Shown one piece after another: positions 9,985 to 18,068 of a DNA stretch of 64,000 bases (within the stretch, counting starts at the first letter, position 1; each line of letters opens with the position of its first letter). The translations under genes and the position numbers were made by a program. The notes under the pieces were generated by a model. That model saw only the letters and a list, made by a program, of their open reading frames with translations, searched no databases and was not told the DNA's origin. Origin of the DNA: an uncultured delta proteobacterium (lineage in GTDB: Bacteria; Desulfobacterota; Desulfobacteria; Desulfobacterales; UBA11574); contig CAVVZC010000019.1 of the NCBI GenBank assembly GCA_963752565.1, positions 21,447 to 85,446 on the forward strand. Reading direction: 5' to 3'.

Positions 9985-10196
9985 AACACCTGTGACCGAT
10001 GTCGCAGTTCGAAGGTTATCTTTAAGCAATAATAAAAAAGTTCTTTTTCGTGTTTTTACAATTTCGTGCTTTCGTGATAAAGATTTAATTTTTGTTCCTC
10101 GCTTTAGTTTCAGTAAAAACGGAATTTTTTTAAGCAATGATCGGTTTGTCAGGGTTAGGGTTAAACCGTTACACGCGATTTATGAGGTTTTTTTTT

Positions 10197-11459
10197 ATGT
10201 CTTCAAGAAAGGGCATGATCGTTCTGATGGGTTCCGGTGAGCTTACCCCCACAATGGTGGAGGTGCACAAAAATATGCTTGCCCGATTTCCGGATTCTCC
10301 CACCGCTGTTTTCTTGGACACACCTGCCGGTTTTCAACTAAACGTCGATGAGATTTCAAGAAAAGCAGTTGAGTATTTTCGTGTTCACGTTCAACAACAG
10401 CTCAACGTCGCCTCTTACAAATCCTCGGAGAATACAAGCGCATTTGAAGCAGAAACAGCATTTCATATGCTTCGAAATGCAGATTTTGTGCTTGTGGGGC
10501 CGGGTAGTCCCACGTATGCTGTTCGTCAGCTTCAAAAAACGCCGATTCCTGAAATTCTTGTTAATAATATTCAATCCGGTGGATGTTTGGTGGCCGCAAG
10601 TGCCGCTGCTCTTACCATGGGCCGTTTTACTCTTCCTGTGTACGAAATATACAAGGTCGGACATAAAACCCATTGGGTCGATGGGCTCGATGTTCTAGAA
10701 CAATTCGGATTCAATCTGATCGTCGTTCCTCATTGGAACAATGCCGAGGGCGGAACCCACGATACTCGATTCTGTTTTATGGGAAAACCCCGTTTTCAGC
10801 AACTTGAGACGCTTTTACCGGATAACGCGACGATCATAGGCATTGATGAACATACCGCCTGTATCATTGATCTTAATGCCCAACGAATCGATATCCAGGG
10901 AATTGGCAATGTAACCATTCGACAAAAAGGACGTGAAATAAAATTTGGTAAAGGAGATCAAATTCCCCTTGACGTATTGGTTAAAGAAATCAATCGGGAG
11001 GATTGGGCGCCGAAAGACGTTGATGACGTCGAGCAAGCCAGTGATCCGAATCTTTCAAAAAAAAGCTTTTTAAGTAAAGTTAATGCAATAGAATCTTCTT
11101 TTCACAATGGGATGGCGAATCATGATCAAAAAGAGACAACCAATGCCCTTTTGGAATTGGACAGCGCCATTTGGATAGCGCAAAAGAATCTGGAAGATGA
11201 AGAGCGTATTTCTCAAGCGCGAGAGATCCTGAGAGATTCAATCGTGCTTTTAGGCGCCGAATTGGGGGCTTCACCCCGTCGTCTTCGAAAATATTTAGCG
11301 CCTCTTGTTGAACAAATGCTTAAATTAAGGACAAGGTTCAGAAAGGAGCAACAATGGTCTGAGGCTGACCGCATCCGGGAGATCCTTCAACAATCCAATA
11401 TTCAGGTTGAAGATACCAAGGACGGGGTCCGCTGGCATATCATTGATGAAGACATTTAG
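10197..11459 (+). CDS. S51/GATase1-like domain fused to a CysRS-type C-terminal helical module
   Basis: The N-terminal half (IVLMGSGELT, LVGPGSPTY, VAASAAALTMG, IIGIDEHTA) parallels S51 proteins. The C-terminal ~140 aa (FHNGMANHDQKETTNALLELDSAIW ... WSEADRIREILQQSNIQVEDTKDGVRWHI) resembles the C-terminal part of cysteinyl-tRNA synthetases. The start may be 10197 or 10215. Confidence 0.7.
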   Translation: MSSRKGMIVLMGSGELTPTMVEVHKNMLARFPDSPTAVFLDTPAGFQLNVDEISRKAVEYFRVHVQQQLNVASYKSSENTSAFEAETAFHMLRNADFVLVGPGSPTYAVRQLQKTPIPEILVNNIQSGGCLVAASAAALTMGRFTLPVYEIYKVGHKTHWVDGLDVLEQFGFNLIVVPHWNNAEGGTHDTRFCFMGKPRFQQLETLLPDNATIIGIDEHTACIIDLNAQRIDIQGIGNVTIRQKGREIKFGKGDQIPLDVLVKEINREDWAPKDVDDVEQASDPNLSKKSFLSKVNAIESSFHNGMANHDQKETTNALLELDSAIWIAQKNLEDEERISQAREILRDSIVLLGAELGASPRRLRKYLAPLVEQMLKLRTRFRKEQQWSEADRIREILQQSNIQVEDTKDGVRWHIIDEDI

Positions 11460-11598
11460 CCCGAATATTTCATGAAAATTTTCGAGAGGCCTTTTTATTA
11501 GTAATGAAAACAGTTTTTTATTTACAATTTTGCTTCAAAAGGAACTCCGAATTATAGAGAGAATCGAGAAATCACCGGCTCAAGGAGACGATATATTC

Positions 11599-11833
11599 AT
11601 GCAACCACACCATCAAATGAATGTTCTATGTTGCCTTTCAAAATCAAAATCCAACCTTTCTTCACTCTTAAGGTATTTAGACAAAAATACCCCATGTTCA
11701 GGCCATCATATCGGAAAAACTTCCAGCGGATTTAAGCAAATTTCAGGTCGTTATTACGGAGCCCGCATCAGCACACAATCCAGCCCCTAAAAATTTAGAA
11801 CAATTTGTTAGATCAGGGGGGGGATGGCTGGGA
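11599..11833 (+). pseudogene. Out-of-frame N-terminal segment of the ThuA-like::Gfo/Idh/MocA gene (frameshift at an A5 run)
   Basis: After AAGGAG and ATG 11599, frame 1 reads MQPHHQMNVLCCLSKSKSNLSSLLRYLDK. Frame 2 is open only from 11681 and continues IPHVQAIISEKLPADLSKFQVVITEP...FVRSGGGWLGV, which is ThuA-like. The frames meet at aaaaa 11683-11687. Confidence 0.6.
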
Positions 11834-13255
11834 GTGATCAGTCTGTTGGAATTGCCCATATCAGAACTTTTCGGTGTATCATCCGGTCCTATTGGCCTGG
11901 AATCGGAAACACGGGTCCTGTTTCAAGATATAAATCAGCCGATGGCGGACCGATTACCCGATGCCATTTATGTGAAAGGACGATATCATCCCCTTCAGGT
12001 CCTCAAAGAAGATGTAACGACACTATTGTATGCTGATTGGCGTTATCAGCACAGTCCGGTATTGGTGTGCCGTCAGGTCGACGCCGGCCGGGTGGCATGT
12101 ACAACCCTTCAAGACTTTGAAAATTCTGACTTAAAACGGATCATCTATCGGTTATTACGAAAACTTTCAGGACAACCCGTAACTTCTGAGAACCTAAATG
12201 TCGGGATATTGGGGTACGCCCCTTCGGTAGGAGCGCTTCATGGAAACGGCGTTAACACGACTAACGGATTTAAGCTCCACGCCGTTTGTGACTTAAATCC
12301 CCAGCGGTTGAAGATGGCAGAGCATCGATTCCCCGAGACAAAAGTATATTCAAATGCCAAAGAATTAGCCAATGACGATGACGTAGATTTGGTCATCATC
12401 GCCACACCACCCAACAGTCATGCTAAGTTATCCCTTCAGATGATGACGAATAAAAAGCATGTGGTCTGTGAAAAACCTTTGGCACTCAATCGCAGCGAAA
12501 CATACCGGATGTTGGAAATGGCTGAAAAAATGAAGGTCCATTTAAGCTGCCACCAGAACCGGCGCTTTGACCCTGACTTTACGGCGATCAAACGTGCATT
12601 GCATGAAGATCTCATTGGCGATCTTTTCTATATGGAAACGTTTGTCGGCGGGTTCTCGCACCCTTGCGGATACTGGCATTCTCACGAAGAAATCTCCGGA
12701 GGTATTTCCTATGACTGGGGCGCACATTATTTGGACTGGATTGTTGATCTTATCCCTGACCATCCGGAATTTGTCGCTGCCTTTCGTCACAAAAGGGTAT
12801 GGCATGATGTAACCAATGCCGACCACGAAAGGATATGGATTAAATTTAAAGGGGGTAAGGAGGCTGAATTTATTCATTCAGATATTGCTGCTGTTCGCAA
12901 GCCCAAGTGGTACCTTTTAGGCACCAAAGGGGCAATCGTCGGACACTGGAAAGATGTGGCCACGTATCATATCGATCCGGTCCTTTATTTTCACCAACAG
13001 AACATTCCGGCAACGGAGATGATTCCGGATATGACGCTTTTCCGGTGTCATGCTTCAGGACAAATCTTAGAGCAAAAGATGGCCATACCCGAACGAAAAG
13101 ATTACGCATTCCATAAAAATCTTGCAGATCATCTGTTGACCGGTGAACCCCTGCTTTCATCTTTAATGGATTCTGTAAAAGTCGTTTCCATTTTAGAAAC
13201 AGCAGCCCTGAGTGCATCAAAAGGCGGCAGCATGGAGCGATTCGATGAATTTTAG
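11834..13255 (+). CDS. ThuA-like (C-terminal part) fused to Gfo/Idh/MocA oxidoreductase
   Basis: ThuA-type segment (PVLVCRQVDAGRVACTTLQDFEN) is followed by a Rossmann segment (VGILGYAPSVG...DLVIIATPPNSHAKL...VVCEKPLALN). The track GTG start is probably not the native start; see the frameshift feature. Confidence 0.75.
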   Translation: MISLLELPISELFGVSSGPIGLESETRVLFQDINQPMADRLPDAIYVKGRYHPLQVLKEDVTTLLYADWRYQHSPVLVCRQVDAGRVACTTLQDFENSDLKRIIYRLLRKLSGQPVTSENLNVGILGYAPSVGALHGNGVNTTNGFKLHAVCDLNPQRLKMAEHRFPETKVYSNAKELANDDDVDLVIIATPPNSHAKLSLQMMTNKKHVVCEKPLALNRSETYRMLEMAEKMKVHLSCHQNRRFDPDFTAIKRALHEDLIGDLFYMETFVGGFSHPCGYWHSHEEISGGISYDWGAHYLDWIVDLIPDHPEFVAAFRHKRVWHDVTNADHERIWIKFKGGKEAEFIHSDIAAVRKPKWYLLGTKGAIVGHWKDVATYHIDPVLYFHQQNIPATEMIPDMTLFRCHASGQILEQKMAIPERKDYAFHKNLADHLLTGEPLLSSLMDSVKVVSILETAALSASKGGSMERFDEF

Positions 13256-14267
13256 CATAAAATGGGGAATTTTAGGTAACGCCACGATTGCCAGAAAATG
13301 CGTGATTCCAGCCATCTTCAGCTCCGCAAATGGCCGCGTTCATGCTCTGGCATCTCGAAATTTTAAAAAAGCAGAAGCATTAGCAGAAAAATACGACATC
13401 ACCCGATTATACTCGCAATATGAATCCGTTATTGAAGATAAACAGGTCGACATTGTTTACATTCCCCTTCCCAATCATCTTCATAAGGAATGGACGATCA
13501 AAGCCTTAGGGGCTGGAAAACATGTTTTATGTGAAAAACCCCTGGCCTGTAATACTGCCGAGGCCATTGAAATGGCAGAGATTGCGTCGAAAAAAGGCTT
13601 GCATCTCATGGAAGCACTCATGTACCGGTTTCATCCGCGCAGCAGGATCATCCACCAAATGGTTTCAAAGGGGAAAATCGGAACACCGCGACTTGTTCGA
13701 GTTTCGTTTTGTTTCCATATGGAAGAACATATTTTAAAGAAAAAAGAGAATGCCCGTCTGAAAAAAAGGGGGGGAGGCGCGCTTTTAGATGTGGGATGCT
13801 ATGGCGTCAGTGTCGCACGATGGATGATGGGAGAAGATCCTGAAAGCGTTCAAGCCACTGCACATTTTAACTCTGAGGGTGTCGATATACACACAGTCGG
13901 TGTTTTGCACTTTCGAAACGGTGGCCTGGCAACGGTTGAAGCCAGCTTTATTAGTTCTCTGCAGCAGACCTATACCATCGTCGGTGAAGACGGTTCCATT
14001 GAACTTCCACACAATGCCTTTATTCCATGGGAAAAAGATGCAACTTACGTTCATCGTGGCAGACATGAGGAAATCGGCAGACAAGAAGTTATTCCGGGTG
14101 CAGACGAGTATCGGTTGATGGTTGAACATTTTTCAGACGTCCTAATCCACGGGTCCTCACCTTTGGTCCAAATTCACGACAGTATACAAAACATGCGGGT
14201 ACTGGACGCATTGGCCGAGTCGGCAAGATCCGGACAAATGGTTCTAATCCCTAAAAAGCAAATTTAA
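13245..14267 (+). CDS. Gfo/Idh/MocA family oxidoreductase
   Basis: IKWGILGNATIARK, DIVYIPLPNHLHKEW and HVLCEKPLA motifs. ATG 13245 overlaps the upstream stop codon. Confidence 0.85.
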   Translation: MNFSIKWGILGNATIARKCVIPAIFSSANGRVHALASRNFKKAEALAEKYDITRLYSQYESVIEDKQVDIVYIPLPNHLHKEWTIKALGAGKHVLCEKPLACNTAEAIEMAEIASKKGLHLMEALMYRFHPRSRIIHQMVSKGKIGTPRLVRVSFCFHMEEHILKKKENARLKKRGGGALLDVGCYGVSVARWMMGEDPESVQATAHFNSEGVDIHTVGVLHFRNGGLATVEASFISSLQQTYTIVGEDGSIELPHNAFIPWEKDATYVHRGRHEEIGRQEVIPGADEYRLMVEHFSDVLIHGSSPLVQIHDSIQNMRVLDALAESARSGQMVLIPKKQI

Positions 14268-14284
14268 CCTGAATTCATTTAAAA

Positions 14285-15289
14285 ATGTCGATGAACCTGA
14301 ATAAACAAAGAATAGAGATCAAAACAGAACCCTTTGAGCGACTAGAGTCTTTTTATCTAAACAAAAAATTCAATCTTGATTGGAACTGTTTGTTTGTTCT
14401 TCCCCTGTGGCTGAAAACATGGTGGGACACTTTTGGCGAGAAAAATAGACCTGAAATTCTGGCGGGATATCGTCATGGAAAATTAATTGGCATTGCCCCT
14501 TTGCGTATTCAAGATAAAACAGCGCGGTTCATTGGTGGAGAAAATGTGTGCGATTACCAGGACATGATCGTGGCGTCAAATCATCACCATGAATTCTATA
14601 AGGCAATTTTAACCCACCTGAAACAAAAGGGGATACGGTCTCTCCAATTGGGAACATTAAGACACGATTCCATATCGCTAACCCAATTGCCGAATCTGGC
14701 CAAACAAATGGGATATGCTGTTGTTTGTAATCAAGTGGCGTTTAGCTATGAAATAATATTACCCCGCACCTGGGAATCATATCTTTATATGCTCAAGGGA
14801 AAACAGCGCCATGAAATTCGACGAAAATTGAGGCGGCTAAACGAAGCGGGACATGTCCAATTTCGTGTTCTTGAACGATTGGATGAAATATCCGAAGCCA
14901 TGGATACCTTTTTTTCTTTGTTTAAGGCCAGCCGCCCGGACAAGTCTGAATTCCTGACAGAACAAATGGTGTCCTTTTTTCGTTTGTTGGCCCAAAGAAT
15001 GGCTCAACAGGGATTTTTGAGAATGTTTTTTTTAGACATTGATCGAGTACCGGCTGCCGGCGTAATGTGCTTTGACTACAATGATATCCTATTTCTTTAT
15101 AATAATGGATATAATCCTCAATTTAGCAATCTGAGTCCCGGGTTTCTCAGCAAAGTGTATAGTATCAGAAACAGTATTGACCAGGGAAAGCTTCGGTACG
15201 ATCTATTAAAGGGTGATGAAGGGTATAAAAAACGTCTGGGGAGTTCGCCGGTGCCGCTGTATCATTTAAAAATAGATCTTGAAGGATAA
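14285..15289 (+). CDS. GNAT-fold acyltransferase of the CelD/BcsL (FemAB-related) type
   Basis: LPRTWESYLYMLKGKQRHEIRRKLRRL ... NLSPGFLSKVYSIRNSIDQGKLRYDLLKGDEGYKKRLG matches the CelD-type family pattern. Confidence 0.7.
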   Translation: MSMNLNKQRIEIKTEPFERLESFYLNKKFNLDWNCLFVLPLWLKTWWDTFGEKNRPEILAGYRHGKLIGIAPLRIQDKTARFIGGENVCDYQDMIVASNHHHEFYKAILTHLKQKGIRSLQLGTLRHDSISLTQLPNLAKQMGYAVVCNQVAFSYEIILPRTWESYLYMLKGKQRHEIRRKLRRLNEAGHVQFRVLERLDEISEAMDTFFSLFKASRPDKSEFLTEQMVSFFRLLAQRMAQQGFLRMFFLDIDRVPAAGVMCFDYNDILFLYNNGYNPQFSNLSPGFLSKVYSIRNSIDQGKLRYDLLKGDEGYKKRLGSSPVPLYHLKIDLEG

Positions 15290-15331
15290 AGAGATTCAGA
15301 CAAAAAACCGACAAGAGATGAGAAGAATCAA

Positions 15332-16603
15332 ATGAAGCGGCGTTCAACAGAATTGAAAATTGCCATGCTGAGTATCCATTCAAGTCCCATTGGTGATTTG
15401 GGGACCCAGGATACAGGCGGAATGAGCGTTTATGTTCGGGAAATGGCCAAAGAATTGGGCAGAAAGGGCCATCATATCGACATCTTCACACAGCACAATG
15501 TCTGCAAGCACGATCCGGTCCTACATTTATACGACAACGTTCGTCTCGTCCATTTATCAGGGGGAACACGCGAGAATATCGCCAAATTCTCTCTCTATGA
15601 GATTTTGCCGCAACTATTTGACGAATTAGAATCCTTTCGAATCAAGGAAAATATCACGTATGATATCATCCACAGCCATTATTGGCTCTCAGGGGTTTTA
15701 GGGCTCAAGCTCCAGTCATCCTGGAATGCATATCACCTGGTCACATACCATACCATCGGCGCTGTGAAAAACTTAACCTGTCCAACGGAAAATGCGTCCA
15801 AATTACGGCTGACAAACGAAAATGAACTGGCAAAGCTGTGTGATCAAATTGTCGTTCCCACCCAACAAGATAAGGAACATTTAATCCGGTATTACAACGC
15901 ACCTATTGATAAAATCCGGATTATTCCGTGTGGTGTTAATCTTGGACTTTTCAAACCATTGGACAAAGCATCTGCTCGCCGGTTTTTGGCGTTTTCTACA
16001 GATGATCGCATTGTCTTATATGTGGGACGGTATGCCCCCATTAAAGGACTTGATCGTTTGTTCAAAGCGCTTGGCAATCTTACACATTTTTCTCATCTTC
16101 GCCTGGTCATGGTGGGGGGTGACGGCGAACACTCCCCCATGTTTCGACAGTTAAAATCCAATGCAACGACGCTTCACATCGAAAATCTCATAACGTTTGC
16201 CGGGAGGGTGGACCAGGAAACCCTGCCCCAATATTACAGTGCTGCGGATGTTCTGGTTGTACCATCCTATTATGAGAGCTTCGGTCTTGTGGCACTCGAG
16301 GCATTGGCTTGCGGAACGCCTATTGTGACCGCTTCGGTCGGCGCGATGGAAGAAATTGTAAAAGAGGGCGTTACAGGATATGTCGCAAAGGACCCGAATC
16401 CACAACATTATGCCCGGCTGATCGAAACCATTTTGATAAAGCAGCAGCAGAACGGCTTATCGCCCTCAAAAATTCGGTCATCAGTGGCCCAATATACATG
16501 GACAAGGTCCGCTTCCATGTTACTTGACGCGTACCGGGCGGCATGGACGGATACATCGGAAAATATTTATAAAAATAAAGAGGAGATTCAATTTGTTAAA
16601 TAG
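15332..16603 (+). CDS. GT4 glycosyltransferase, MshA-like (inositol-phosphate glycosyltransferase family)
   Basis: IAMLSIHSSPIGDLGTQDTGGMSVYV, YDIIHSHYWLSG, YHTIGAVKN and ESFGLVALEALACGTP parallel the conserved blocks of MshA. Confidence 0.75.
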   Translation: MKRRSTELKIAMLSIHSSPIGDLGTQDTGGMSVYVREMAKELGRKGHHIDIFTQHNVCKHDPVLHLYDNVRLVHLSGGTRENIAKFSLYEILPQLFDELESFRIKENITYDIIHSHYWLSGVLGLKLQSSWNAYHLVTYHTIGAVKNLTCPTENASKLRLTNENELAKLCDQIVVPTQQDKEHLIRYYNAPIDKIRIIPCGVNLGLFKPLDKASARRFLAFSTDDRIVLYVGRYAPIKGLDRLFKALGNLTHFSHLRLVMVGGDGEHSPMFRQLKSNATTLHIENLITFAGRVDQETLPQYYSAADVLVVPSYYESFGLVALEALACGTPIVTASVGAMEEIVKEGVTGYVAKDPNPQHYARLIETILIKQQQNGLSPSKIRSSVAQYTWTRSASMLLDAYRAAWTDTSENIYKNKEEIQFVK

Positions 16604-17288
16604 ATCCGAAATAATGGTGATAGCAGCACATCCGGATGATGCGGAATTCGGTGCCGCGGGTTCCGTTGCCAGGTGGACCATAGAAGGAAGACGGGTAGTC
16701 TATGTGGTGTGCACCAGCGGGGACAAAGGCACCGACAATCCGGACATACCCCCCCAACAGCTTGCTAAAATTCGAGAAAAAGAGCAAAGAGACGCTGCTG
16801 CGGTATTGGGTGTCTTTGATGTCGTTTTCCTTGGATATCCTGACCAGGGACTCGAAGATACATCGGATTTTCGCAAAGCGATTGTAAGGCAAATCCGAAC
16901 ATATAAACCGGATATGATCGTGACATCTGATCCTTACAGGCGTTACATCTGGCACAGAGACCATCGCATCACCGGACAGGTAACACTGGATGCGGTCTAT
17001 CCTTATGCCCGTGATCTGCTGGCATATCCAGGTTTAATCGAAGAAGGACTCATGCCCCATAAGGTGAAAAAAATCCTGTTCTTCGGAACCGAGGATGTCA
17101 ATTTGCGGATAGACATTACCGGAACCTTTCACCTCAAACTTGAAGCATTGCGTTGTCACAAAAGCCAAATTATCCAGCTTGGCATCCCTGATCTGGAAAA
17201 ATGGCTTTGGCAGCGATGTCAAAAAATGGCCGAAGGCGAATATTTTGAGGTCGCCGAAGCGTTTCATCAGGTGGAGGTGGCCTTTTAA
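16593..17288 (+). CDS. PIG-L/LmbE family N-acetylglucosaminyl deacetylase
   Basis: VIAAHPDDAEFGAAG, CTSGDKG and HRDH metal and active-site motifs. TTG 16593 has GAGGAG 7 nt upstream; ATG 16614 is the alternative start. It overlaps the GT4 stop. Confidence 0.85.
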   Translation: MLNRSEIMVIAAHPDDAEFGAAGSVARWTIEGRRVVYVVCTSGDKGTDNPDIPPQQLAKIREKEQRDAAAVLGVFDVVFLGYPDQGLEDTSDFRKAIVRQIRTYKPDMIVTSDPYRRYIWHRDHRITGQVTLDAVYPYARDLLAYPGLIEEGLMPHKVKKILFFGTEDVNLRIDITGTFHLKLEALRCHKSQIIQLGIPDLEKWLWQRCQKMAEGEYFEVAEAFHQVEVAF

Positions 17289-17290
17289 AC

Positions 17291-17311
17291 CGCTTCGGAA
17301 ACACCGAGGCG
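17291..17311. terminator. Hairpin between convergent genes
   Basis: cgcttcgg-aaaca-ccgaggcg forms 8 bp (one G-U) starting 3 nt after the PIG-L stop. There is no clear U-tract. Confidence 0.3.
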
Positions 17312-17360
17312 ACATATCGACTTTGAAAGCGTATATTATTTCGAAAAAGGGTGGGCGGGA

Positions 17361-18020
17361 TTATTCCGACAAATGGATTCTCGGGTTAAAATAAGCGATT
17401 GACGGATGCTCATCTTTTTTATCCGTCGAATAAGAAAATGTGGTAATTGATGAAACGGCGGGATATTCTTTTAGGACTCCAAGGGTCGTAAATCTTTTCT
17501 TGTTAAGAGGTGTTGTAGAGAAATGACTCGCCCACAGCATCATGAATAAAATAACGTCACCGTGTGTCACCGCCACGACATGCTTTCCGGAACAGGTGCG
17601 GCGCGTCCTGGATAAAAACTTTTGAACCCTAAACAAGATGTCTTCCGGTTGTTCATATTTCGAATCGACGCCAGTGTAAACATCTCCGGCTCTTAAATCA
17701 ACCGCTTCCGAAGACTGACCTTGAAACGGTGTAAGAACCTCCGTGATTAAGCTCGATTGTCTTGGTTTGAGGTGACGATGATATTTAAGTATTTCAGCTG
17801 CTGTTTGGCGGCAGCGAAGCAGGGGGCTGCTAATAATATCTTCAATGATCAGATCCTTCAAAGACCGAGCCGCTCGAGCCGCTTCAAGGCGCCCTCTTTT
17901 GCTTAAATAAAACCCCGGTAAACGGCCATAAAAAATATTGGATGGATTATGCACACTGGCATGTCGAACCAAAGAAATGCGTGTGACTGCATTTTGGGGA
18001 ATCATTCCGGTTTTTACCAT
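17361..18020 (-). CDS. Histidine phosphatase (phosphoglycerate-mutase-like) family protein
   Basis: ISLVRHASVHN (RH catalytic motif) and VAVTHGDVI (second His). Confidence 0.8.
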   Translation of the reverse strand: MVKTGMIPQNAVTRISLVRHASVHNPSNIFYGRLPGFYLSKRGRLEAARAARSLKDLIIEDIISSPLLRCRQTAAEILKYHRHLKPRQSSLITEVLTPFQGQSSEAVDLRAGDVYTGVDSKYEQPEDILFRVQKFLSRTRRTCSGKHVVAVTHGDVILFMMLWASHFSTTPLNKKRFTTLGVLKEYPAVSSITTFSYSTDKKDEHPSIAYFNPRIHLSE

Positions 18021-18068
18021 TTGGATGCTTTGAGACCTTTGAAAGATGTGGGTTTTTGTTATGAACGC

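Noticed and set aside
11530-11790. 86-aa ORF from the track treated as an independent gene
   Set aside because: Only its segment from 11599 to about 11686 looks like genuine ThuA-like N-terminal coding sequence. The rest is out-of-frame read-through past the frameshift site.
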